Under the pieces are notes generated by a model. It searched no databases and was not told the DNA's origin. It saw only the letters and a program-made list of their open reading frames with translations. Source: Chara braunii (taxonomy: Eukaryota > Plantae > Charophyceae). From it: DNA of 64,000 bases. How positions within the stretch are numbered: the stretch's first letter is position 1; each line of letters opens with the position of its first letter. The translations under genes were made by a program, and so were the position numbers. The stretch spans positions 4,562,938 to 4,626,937 of the forward strand of contig BFEA01000020.1 in the NCBI GenBank assembly GCA_003427395.1. The letters are read 5' to 3'. This document shows positions 49,301-60,329 of this stretch, piece after piece.

Positions 49301-50302
49301 AGGGTGATCCGGGACCTCCCCTTCGATGACAAAGACAGAACTGTTGCACTTGTTGACTTTCCGGGACCTCCCTTTCGATGACGAAGACAGAACTGTGGCG
49401 TTTGCAGTCTTTCGGAAAAATTATGGTGGGGTATCACGCGTCCTACTAGTGAGTGGGCTAGCTGGTAGGATGGGAATAGAGCACAGCAGCAACAGAGATG
49501 GTGGCTCTGCTGCAGTAAGTCTTGCTGGAGTGGGGACATGTCTGAAGTTGTTCCAATATCTCTGAGCCAAAGCCGGGTAATGGCCCCGGTATCTTAATTT
49601 TCAAAAAAGAAGCAGCTCCAAATTCTTAGTAGCTTTCTAGCCTTATTTTCATGGAATTTTCTGATGATTTTTTGAACGTGTTTGTTATGGGACGCTGGGC
49701 CCGGTTCCCAGTTTGTGCCTATTTGTGAGGATATGGTTGTATTTGTGGGACGCTGGACCCGGTTTCCAGCAGGTGCTGCTCCCCACCAATAGATGGAGCT
49801 TGTCTTAAAAAAAATAAAATAAAATTAAAAAAAATGGAAACAACAACCCATATGTGTTCTGCTCGGGGAAGACGGGAGGAGCTATCTGGGGAACCACTAC
49901 AGCCGGTTGTTCTACTATTTAAGATGCAATCTACTCTCCCCCTTCCCTCCCCTTCCTCATGGGATCCCATTAGGCCTTTGTAATGTTTCCTTTTTTTTCT
50001 TGTTTTTCTGTTTTTGGAAGTCCAGGTTGTTGGAGAGGTTCGCCACATACCTTTCTACACCTTTTGGCTAAGATCAAGTGCAGTATTTGCTCTGATCAGT
50101 TTTCGCGGTCCATTGGGCCACATGTTAAAAAGAGAAAAAAGAAAAAAAAATGTATGACAGTACCTTCATCAGTTGGCCAGATGATTTTTCTATCCAGGCC
50201 CCTATGAGACTTTCACCATACCTTTTTTGTAATGTTTCCTAGCAATGTTCTGCCAGTGGACTCGTCTGTCCATTGGGCTCTTCACGGGGCAAGGGCCACC
50301 AA

Positions 50303-50342
<40 letters not shown>

Positions 50343-50364
50343 CTTGTAGCCTGAGAACAGCTCC

Positions 50365-52022
50365 GTGTCGGCCACAGTTTTGGCCAAGATCTTGTATACC
50401 ACATTGAGTAGGGAAATTGGCCTCCAGTTACGAACCTCGTTCCGCTCCCCCTTCTTGAAAAGTAGCGAAATAACCCCTCTCGTCATTGACTTTCCTAATC
50501 TGCCTCTAGTCCGAATAGTATTGTACATCTCCACAAGGTCGCTTCTCAGACCTTCTCCACAACATTCAAAGAACTCCACCGGTAAACCATCGTCCCCTGG
50601 CGCCTTTCCCCTGGCCATGCAGCGCAAGGTGGAGACCAATTCTTCTTCTGTGACAGGTCTGTTTAGCCCGATTCTTACTTCCTCTGAGACGCGGACTGTC
50701 AAGTTGATCCACAGGGACGACCCCTCAGCCATATTGTCCTTCGCGCTGTCATACGGCCGTCTAGTCGTCAAAATGTCCTGAAAGTAGTCCATCGCGTAAC
50801 TGCACATATCCTCACTAGTAGTGGCCACAGGCCTCCCCAACTGATGCGGATGGTTCAACTCCTTCATTTGTACTGATCTGTTCTTGGGCAGCAATCTTCT
50901 AAAGGTCTCCTTTGTCACTCGATCCGAAGTGATGATGCTCTTAGTCTCAAGGATCTTGAGCCACCTTTCCCATTCCTGGAGCCTGACCTTCCGTTCTTCT
51001 GCCCATAATAGGTCTGAGATAGGATGCAGTCCCATCCTTCGCTCTGCCTCCTCAACACTAGCTTTAAGATCTGCTTCCTCCTTATTACGCTGGAAGGCCG
51101 AGATTTGTGAGTAAGAGTCCAGCCTCAATGAAACCACTCTCAATCCTGCGTCAATCCACTCTGCTACTGACTCGCTGTGAGGTTTCATCTGTTTCCATTC
51201 CAACCAGAAATTCATAACCCACCGTACAATTTCATCGTCGTTCAATAGATCGGTGTTCAGCCGGAAATAACCAGGGCCTCTTTCTGCAACCTCGGAGAGG
51301 GCACATGTCATCACCACCGCCTTGTGGTCTGAGATAGGGTAGTTATCTGTCTTCACCCGAATGACATTGCTTTTCAAGCCCTCTGAGACCAGAAAGAAGT
51401 CGATTCGACGGCTAACTCCTGCATGCTGGGGAGAACGACCAAACCAAGTAAAGGCCTGCTTCGTAGGGTACAGTTCCCGATAGGCATCGTGCAGATCCCA
51501 CTCTTCCATCCAGCTCAATAATTTTAACTGATCCGATGTCAAGCCCCCATCATGATCTGAGTCCAACCCCGGTTGGCATACCGCATTCCAATCACCAGCT
51601 ATCACCAGGTGATTGGCCCTAGGTAAAACAAACGGCAACAACTCAAAAAAACGCAGTCTTTCACTAGGCTTATTCGGGGCATACATTGTTGTGAAAACCC
51701 AATCCTCTGCACCGATCGCCACCTTGACCCAGTACCATCGTCCCCACAAATCACAGTCATAGTCCAAGAGTTGGGCGTCTATTCTGTTATGAAACAGAAT
51801 GGTCACCCCCCCTTTTGTATCTCTTGCCGGGGACCACAACTGTGATCCATCCCACCAATCCTTCAACTGAGCCAGTTTGTTCTCCGATAACTTTGTCTCC
51901 TGAACCATTATGACATCAATGTCCTTCCTATGAATCCAACTTTTGAGTCTTGCTCCTTTCCGCCTGCCGCTCGTGTCCCCCAATCCCTGAACGTTCCACG
52001 TGGCTATCTGCAACCTACCCAT
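50365..52022 (-). pseudogene. LINE #2 ORF2 N-terminal half: AP endonuclease and start of RT
   Basis: IATWNVQGL, VQETK, MYAPN, AGDWN, RIDFFLVS, SDHKAV, GKAPGDDGLP and NWRPISLLNVVYKILAK. Confidence 0.93.
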
Positions 52023-54254
52023 GGAATAAAGTTGTGGCAGATGCGGATTGGATGGCTGAGGAGGGCGGATCGAACTTCGGGCTATGTCTGGGCCCCCGTT
52101 CGACGCACGTGTGGGCCATTCTGCTGAGAGGCATTCTACAAAGGAGGCAGAAAGCAGATTGCTCGATCTCGGCATAATCAGATTCAAATCTGCCAAGAAG
52201 GAGGCCGAGATTCCTGGCTCAACAATTACCTCCGCTAGAAGGCCGATCGAGGGCTGGGTTATGGCTTCCAGCGGAAAATTGTCTAAACCTACGTTCCTCA
52301 AGCCCTGCCACACTTCCGTAGAAAACCTGGCGTCCATAAAGACGACCGTGTATCTAATTGACTTCCCATCCTCTAGCTCCACTCTCATTTTAGGCAGATA
52401 GAATTCCGGGAAGATCCTGAATTCAAAGCGATCAGCGAATAGGTACCTGACTTTCTCCCGTATCGCAGATTGCAAAGGAATCTCCGACAGCCCCGTTGTT
52501 CGGAGGATAATGTTGTCATTTCGGTCCAAAAGCCCCACCACATGTATCGCTTGATCCTGCAGGGTACACACGAGCGGCAACAGAACCTATTCTTCGAACT
52601 GACATGTTTCCCTGCCTCCTGCCGTGTCCCCTTCCGGAATTCTTATGGGGGAATCTTCCATCTCCGAGAGTGCCCGGGACGAACCCACCGGAGACTGTGG
52701 ACGTAGACCCTCTGAATCGGCTCTTTCCTCCACCGGCACCACTCCCCGGTCGAGAGGAGAAGTTGTGTCCTCCATCCTTACAGCGTGCCCCCCTCTCCCT
52801 CTATTACCTCCTACCATTCTTCTCTCCTCCATCCCGTGAGCGACATAATTAAGACCTTGACCTGAACCGTACATGTTGTAGAAGTACGATTGACCCGCGG
52901 CCATGGCGGGGTTGTACAGGCGAAAACCCATCCCTTGCTAGACCATTTGCCCATCGGGGAGTGCATACGCTTGATACCCACCCGCGTAGCCTTGTAGGTG
53001 CATCCCCCCAGACAGATCCTGCTGCTGAAGAGCCCCCGCTTCTGGGCTGAGCATTCTTGCCACGTCACTAATCGGACCTCCTCCGGAAGCTCCTCTTTCC
53101 CCTTGTGGTGTCGAAGACCGGCTGCTCCGAGCGAGATTCTGACCGCCGGACAGGATTCTGGCCTCTTGAATTCTACCAGCACCTCTAGTTGATGACGCCC
53201 CCTGGGGCCGGTCTTCGGCTACTCGGATATTCTCCCTTGCCGCTGAACGGATGTGCCGATCATCTGACGCTCTCTGATTCTGAAAAGGTTGGACATCCCG
53301 CTGTCTTACACTGGGGTTACTTACAGGTTCTTCTTCACCAGCACGTGGACAATCTTCCTCCGCTGTGTGGAACCACCATCTGCACCGGGTACACCATGGA
53401 GTGTGCTTGCATACAAACTTGATCCTCAACACCTCGCTGCCTAGCCGAATTTGAATCTCTGCTTCAAACTTTTCCTTCGCCTCCCTCACCAGCTCGAACT
53501 TTAAGTTCATGAACTTTGGTCTTGTCTTATCTTGTTTCGGAGGTAGGCTATTAATGACATGCCCCATGGACGTCTCCACCATGCTTTCCACGTGAAACAT
53601 TGCTCTCAGCGGGACGCGGAGAGCCATTACCCAAAATTTGGATTCATCATCTTGCCATCTTCTTTCCTCCAATTCTGTTTTGGTTAGCCATGGTTTAAAC
53701 AGCATGCCATATTCCACTCCCCTAATGACCACTTTATCTTCCGCTTTGGAAATCATCCATTGAGCCACCTCTCTTGACTTTGCTACGTAGGACACTACAT
53801 TCGGACCCTCCGCGTGCACCCTGCCCCTCTTGATAGAACGATCAAAAATACGTTCCCTGTACCACCCGTTCTCATAGGCTCTGATCAGATTTTCCCGTAT
53901 CTTCATTGGGAGATCCCTAGCGGCCCCTTGAAAAATTACGGTAACCGTCCTCTCCTTCAACCAGGTGGTAGTCAACTCGTACAGTCTTGGAGTGACGACA
54001 AATCTGTTGACCCCTCCTTCCATTCTCCACTCGCCATGCCGGAATTTCTCAGGTAATATGCCATCATTGTAGCATTTGGAGATGAGAAGCTTCATACGAT
54101 CTTCATCCATAATTGAGATATCTGTATGGCACGGTGGAGATCGACCCCTCTGTTGTGCTTGGCCTCTCCCTTGCCCCACCATCGTAACTGTCGGCGCGCT
54201 AAGTCCACTTGAGATGACTCTCGAATAGTGTTCCACCAACACCGTCTCCCACAC
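52023..54254 (-). pseudogene. LINE #2 ORF1 (gag-like: N-terminal nucleic-acid-binding region, CX2CX4HX5C knuckle, linker, unknown C-terminal domain)
   Basis: Homologous to ORF1 at 58124+ (WLKERTVTVIF, PNVVSYVAKSRE, CTRCRWWFHTAEEDC). ORFs 52938-54254, 52587-52931 and 50202-52580 share one frame, separated by TAG stops. Confidence 0.8.
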
Positions 54255-54642
54255 TGAGACGCATCAAAGGCGAGCGCCTCCCGGCGCACGCCGACCTGTC
54301 CTGACTATCTCCGTCCTCACCTGCTAAAACTTCACATGAGCAAACGCATTCGTACATCAACCTTGATGGGGGCAGACCCACCGCCTACGCTACTCTGTCC
54401 ACTCGGATATTACCGAGCACGAAGGCGATATCTCCCGTGGATATCATGGCGGTATCTCACGAGAGTGGCCATGGCAGTGCTACCTGCCGACACGAACTTA
54501 GAGCGCCCAAGCGCCAACCGCCGTGCCCACCCCGGGCCTTGAGACTTCCGGAGGTGAGGGCCCTGTCGACGCACAAACCCCGCCCACACAAGTGTTGGAG
54601 CTAACGCATCATAGCGCTATCGCTACCGGAAGTCTCGCGACC

Positions 54643-57234
54643 GCCAAAACTCTAGCCAACAGGTTGGCAAACCACCTACCGGGCATGGTCCACCGTGACC
54701 AAGGCGCTTTTGTACGCGGACGCTCGATTTTCGGAAATGTGGTGACCGCTATAGAAGCCTTAGAGTTGATTGAGAGGGAGAACTGCAATACCGCAGTTTT
54801 GCTGTTAGACCTGGAAAAGCCCTATGACAGGGTAAATTGGACTTTTGTCCTGACTACCCTGCGCTGGATGGGTTTTGGAGAGATATTATGCCAGTGGGTA
54901 ATCGCCTTGTACACCTTTTCATCTACAGCGGTCTGTGTCAATGGGGAGATCTCAGAGGAGTTTCAACTCAGTAGATCCTTGCGCCAGGGATGCCTGCTGG
55001 CGCCACTGTTGTTTGTACTACACTTGGAACCGCTCCTCTGCAACATTTGGAAACATCCGGAGATTATGGGTTTGTGCCTGTGAGGGGGGGTATAGAGCCG
55101 AGTCAAGGCCCTCGCGGACGATCTTTTTGCTATTTCAGCAAATGAAGTACATTCGTTGGAAGCTCTCAAACAATGTCTGATGGATTTTGCAGAATTGTCC
55201 GAGGCGGCAGTGAGCTGGAATAAATATGTGTTATTCCTCCCCAAATCCCGTCCTATGGCGGTACAATGGGGGATGAATCGGGTGGAAGCGGATGCGGCCG
55301 AACGTTTTTTGGATGTGCAGGTGGCTTTGGGAGACTGTTCTCCCTCTCAGGGGGCAATTTTACAAGAGAAGGTGACCAAGAGGATTAAGAGTTGGGGGAG
55401 AGCCCAACACTTGTCTATTATTGGGAGGGCGCTGGCAGTAACAATTTCAGCCTTCGCTCTGCTTTGGTATGTGGCTGCAGTGAGGAGGATCACTCCTTCT
55501 ACTCTTACCTCTGTGAAGAAGGTGGCCTGAAGATTTGTGTGGAAGCCAGGAAGTGATCTTGACCAGGGTTTTATCCCTAAGGTGGCATGGGAGACCATCT
55601 GCACCCCAAGAGAGGAAGGCGGGCTATCCATAACGAACCCCGAAGCACAGAATACGACTCTCCTAGCGGGGTGGGTGATTCGGGTGGGCGCAACTGAGGA
55701 GCAGGTGGATTGAATCTTGATGGCCGAAGCTCTGCTAGCTAAAGAGTGGAGCTTGTCCAGACCCTCGGATGTCTGGGTGGCCTTGATGTCTGACGCATAT
55801 GTGCGGAAACGTCCAAAATCACGGTTTTGGAATGATGTTTTGCAGGCCTGGAGGAAGTGCAGACCCTCCCTGAACTCTGGCCCGCGCACGAAGGAAGAGG
55901 TTCGGGGTCAGATGCTTTTTGAAAACGTGCATATCAGAAGTCGGGATGGGAACTGGTTTTCTCTGGGCCGGGAACCAGACGCATTTGGTCAAAGTTGGCT
56001 TCAGAAAGGTGTTTCGAAGGTAGGGGACTTGTGGGATGAATACAAGGGATGTTGGAAGACACAGGCGCAACTGAAGACCATCCTGGGGCAGCTGCCATAG
56101 CAAGAGGAACGGTTTCAAGCCATCCTTGAAGCCATACCTGAGGAGTGGAAATGCCTCTTGGGACCGGAGGGGTTGGACCCCCCTGGCACCTGGTACGTTT
56201 AGGAGTATAACGAGACAATCTGGTACTGCAGATTGGAAAGCTGGGCAATGGACGGCACAAGTAAATGTTGGCTGGAAACATACATCAGGGAGCTCCCTAA
56301 TCAGCCCAGGCTGCTGAGATATGGCATTCAATTGAAATATAGTATCTCGGACCTCAAGGAGATCAAAGTAACTATGAAACCACCTGCGCAAGAAGGGCTG
56401 CCTCTAGTCCCATACCTAGTAGGCAATGGGACTCCTCTCTGTTATTTGAGGATCGATCAGTCTAAATGGGGCTGGATGGGAGAAGGTGAGCCAATCTGGG
56501 GCCTGGAGAAATTGTCTACATCTCTAGTGCTAAGAAGAAGCAGCCGCTCGGAACCACTGTGTTCCAGGATTGCAGCGCGGTGGGAAAGAGAGATCCCGGA
56601 TCTTGCTCCGCCTTCGGACAAGGAACTCTGCAGTTTTTGGTCACAACTTAAATTACTGTCGTCTCAGAAGTTGACTTCATTGCTGTGGCTGCAGTTGCAC
56701 CTGTCGGTCCCAACTGCGCAATGGTTAAGGGAGAGAGGAATGGAGGTTTCCTCCATCTGTGACAGATGTCAATCGGCGCAGGAGTCTATGAACCATCTTT
56801 GGTGGGAATGCCCCAGATCTCAGAAATGGTGGAGATGGTGGGCTAGGTACTGGCGGTGGATAACGGGCGAAGAGACTTTCACTAACAAAAGATGGATTCT
56901 TTTGGGAGGTCTCTCACCAAACCAAAGTATCAGCACATGGTGGGGGTATATAGCGCAGATTGCCAGAGCCTCAATGCTCTGGGTCATCTGGATGGACAGG
57001 AATGGTTTGAGATTCAATGGTGAGGAAATGCCGTAGCGCCAGGCGGAGGCTTTGTTCAGAACACTGGTAGTTAAGGCCATTCGCGCAGACTGGTGGAGAA
57101 AGGCGGACCAAGGGAGAAACAGGGAAGGAACCGATTGGTTCAGGAACACCTGGACTCGCAGTGAACATTTGGCTTCCATATCCACAGGGATGAAACTGGT
57201 AATCAGTAGGTGGTTGGAATTTGGGGACGGGTAG
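54643..57234 (+). pseudogene. LINE #2 ORF2 C-terminal half: RT core + zinc finger, disrupted
   Basis: AKTLANRL, DQGAFVRGRSI, LDLEKPYDRV, SLRQGCLLAPLLF, LADDLF and CDRC…ESMNHLWWEC. Several stops. Confidence 0.92.
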
Positions 57235-58123
57235 GTGGGGTAAAGAAGAGCATTTGCAGAACCAGGACACTCGGTTCCAGTGAATGGTCGCGGTGGGCCA
57301 TTTATGGGGTTGGAGGGTAGAAGAGTGTCAGGGAAGGGGTAGGAACTCGGTTCCTCTCGGTCGCCTTGGGCCGGGGTCCAGACCGTGGTAGGTTTGAGTA
57401 TAGGTTGAAGGGATAGGGTTAGTTTGGGATTTTTGGGTGGGTAGATTAAGGGTCAAGGTCTAAGTTGGAGTCATTGTTGTGCGGTTGGTGACCAAAACTA
57501 CTGTTTGTGTAAGTGCCCTTCTTTGTTGAAGTTGTGTTGTGGAAAGATCGGACATAAGCTAAACCGGCTGATGCTGTCGGGATCACTTCGGGTGGAATTG
57601 TGAGGTCCCTGGCCTCAACGAATTTTTCCTTGATAAGCTGAATTGGAAGGTTTGTTTTAAAATAAGAGGAGAAGAGGAGAGGGAGGGAGGAAAAAAAAAG
57701 AAGGCGAAAAAGAGTGGAGGTTTCGCCGACTCGCCCCCACCGGCGCTACGACGTTTCGGTTCGTGCGCGTCTTCCTCGGTAACGACGAAGACTGGACAAC
57801 CGGTAGCTCCACCACCGTGATGGTCCTCAGGTTTCGTCTCCATCCCCGCCCGCCATGTCCGAGCGGCCCGTCCCACGAAGTAGTAGGTGAGACAGTTGGT
57901 GACAGATAATCCAGTCGGTATGAAACCTCTTTCTTCCTCTATGTGAAGTTTGTTGTATTTGGCTTCCTTGCCAAATATGAGAGTGCCTTTTAGCACTCTC
58001 CAATTTCGTTTTCGATTGCTCAGTTACGCGTGTCCTGTCTTCCTCCTATTGTGAATTGTTATATAGCTGGGAGTCTAGGTACTGGTTGTTGCTTGTCCTC
58101 TGGTTTTCGTGCATATTTACATC

Positions 58124-60329
58124 ATGGAGATAGATAACAACGTTGCCCCAAATTATCAGAGCGATCGTGACCCTCGTTCCCCTCCTCCAGACCTGGGTCT
58201 GGACAGGGAGGATGAAAGTCGCACCCGAGAACTTATCCGCCTCTGCTATGAGGAAGATATCTGCCCCTCCGATATCGATCCAGGCGAGATGGAAGTAGAC
58301 GGTAGAGAAGTCCAATTTCGAGTCAACGAGTCAATCGATCGCATAAAAATCAACTGGTTGAAGGAACGGGTGGTGACTATAATCTTTAGGGAAGGTGCGC
58401 GTTTCCTCCCCAAAAAGGTCAAGGATGATTTAGTGAGAGCATACGAAGACTCCAAAATCCAGGAAGGAACCTTTTGCTGCGGAATCCTTCTCTCGGGGTA
58501 GAATAAAGATCGAAAGCCCTAATGTAGTCTCATATGTTGCGAAAAGTCGAGAAATCGCCTCTTGGCTGGTCACAAAAGGGCATGATTCGATCTCTCTCGG
58601 TTCAGTGGAATACCGTTTGGAGTTTAAATCTTGGTTATCCAAGGCCCAATTAAGGAATCAAAGGAGGGAGGAAGAACTTGCATCCTTCTGGGTTGTCGCT
58701 GTCCAAGTCCCGCTGGATTCATTCATCTACCTAGAATCTCAAATTCGTAAGGCTATCGGCCTTGTCATCAGAGCTCACCCGGTAGAAGCAGATCGGCAGA
58801 AGCCTTCGCTAATCAATGTTAAATTTGACTTAGAGCTAGACTCTCGGGTTAATATGAAAGATAAGATCACTGTGATCACAGCGGAAGGAGATGAACTGTC
58901 AGTTAACTTGGCATGTTCCGACACTCCACGTTGCCGCAGATGCAAAGCTTTCTTCCATGAAGAAACTCAGTGCAGACGGGCAGCTCGCCCACGGCAAGAT
59001 CAGAATTCACAACCAATTATTGGTCAGAATCCTAGTATCTCACATGCGGCATTGTCCGCTCCACTATACCAAGGTCCGATGGGCCCGGACGCCTCACATA
59101 TCATGCAAGGGGTTAGCTCTGGTGCGCCGTATCCGGGTCTGCAACAAGGTCTCCAACCTTTCCAGAGCACACATTTTAATCCGGCTTTCTCTCCCGGTTC
59201 CCTCCCTCAAGGGGGCCTCCCTCCAGACCCCCAATCGCAGAACACTCTGCCATGGCTTACACAGGCTTGGGCACCTTGGCTCCAGCACCTCTTCCAATAA
59301 TCACTTGCTCCCCCTAATCTAGGGGTCCCGGCGACCGGGCCGTCAGGCGTATTTGGTGCTCAAGGATTTCTCCCTGGCTTTCCGGGCTCTCAGGGAGGCC
59401 CGGCGGCCTCTGTCCTTGGTTGGAATGAGGGCACTCCCCTTCAGAACCATCAACAAGGCGGACGAGCAGAAGCGACATGAGGTATTGCAGATGGCGATGC
59501 AAGTGCGGTTCAAGGAGCGAGCGGAGGTCATCAGAGCCGCTCGAGGCCTCCCCTAGGGGGAAAGCAGCGACGGCTGAGTTACGACTCCATTTCTGGTTTA
59601 CATGAGGAGGGCGAAAAATCTGCTTCTTCTCTTCCTCACTCGGAGGACTCCCAGAGCCACTTTGTGGATGTGGGAACTCTTGGATGCAAAACCACACGCA
59701 ATAGGACTCCCGTTGCTTTGGCGCGAGGGCAGATTCAAGATGTGGACAGAAAAATCCTCCCGCTGTTTTGCACCATCGCCCGCAACAACACGTGGGTGAT
59801 TGTCTGGATGACCTCGAAGGGCAGCTTGGCGTTTGTAAGTATCCCTGGCCCCGAACAACCTATGCCTTCAGCCATGGTTTCTTTCATTCGGCCAGTAATT
59901 AACGATCGTCTTGCTTTTCAGTTGATCCTGGAGTTACCGATGCCTCGACTCATCAAAGAATGTCCGGAGGACAATAGTAAGAAGATCATCTTTCACATCT
60001 CAATCATGGATGTCAGATTCGTCCCTGGGCAACTAGAGAAATTGGAAGCAGAAGGGCTTCGGTTGATTCCTTTGTCATGGATTACCGAAAGGAAGAAAGT
60101 GGAGTTATCTCGGATTAGAGCCCCCCCCTTGGTATCCTCGGAAATGCTGTGTGATGTGGATAACCACTTTTTGGCTGATAGGAAATTGAACTCAATGTAT
60201 GTTCGATCCTTTCTCTTGAAATCCTGGCTCACTGGCCCCCAAGGAAGGTCTTCCTCACGAGGCAATAGCTCTCAGGTATCCCCTCGGATCCAAGGTGCCG
60301 GGGTAAGAGGTGAGAATGGGCAGGCTTAG
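58124..60329 (+). pseudogene. LINE #3 ORF1 (gag-like with CX2CX4HX4C knuckle and unknown C-terminal domain), disrupted
   Basis: NWLKERVVTIIF, PNVVSYVAKSRE and CRRCKAFFHEETQC. Frameshift near 58480. ORFs 58605-59300 and 59664-60329 share a frame, and the stop overlaps the ORF2 start. Confidence 0.8.

Larger units (their letters stand above)
50365..57620. mobile_element. L1-like LINE #2, near full length with an inverted 5' half
   Basis: 5'UTR-ORF1-APE-RT start on - (54640 to 50365). The rest of RT, the zinc finger and the 3' UTR are on + (54643 to ~57620). The two halves join at the AKT(L/V)A motif. Confidence 0.88.
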
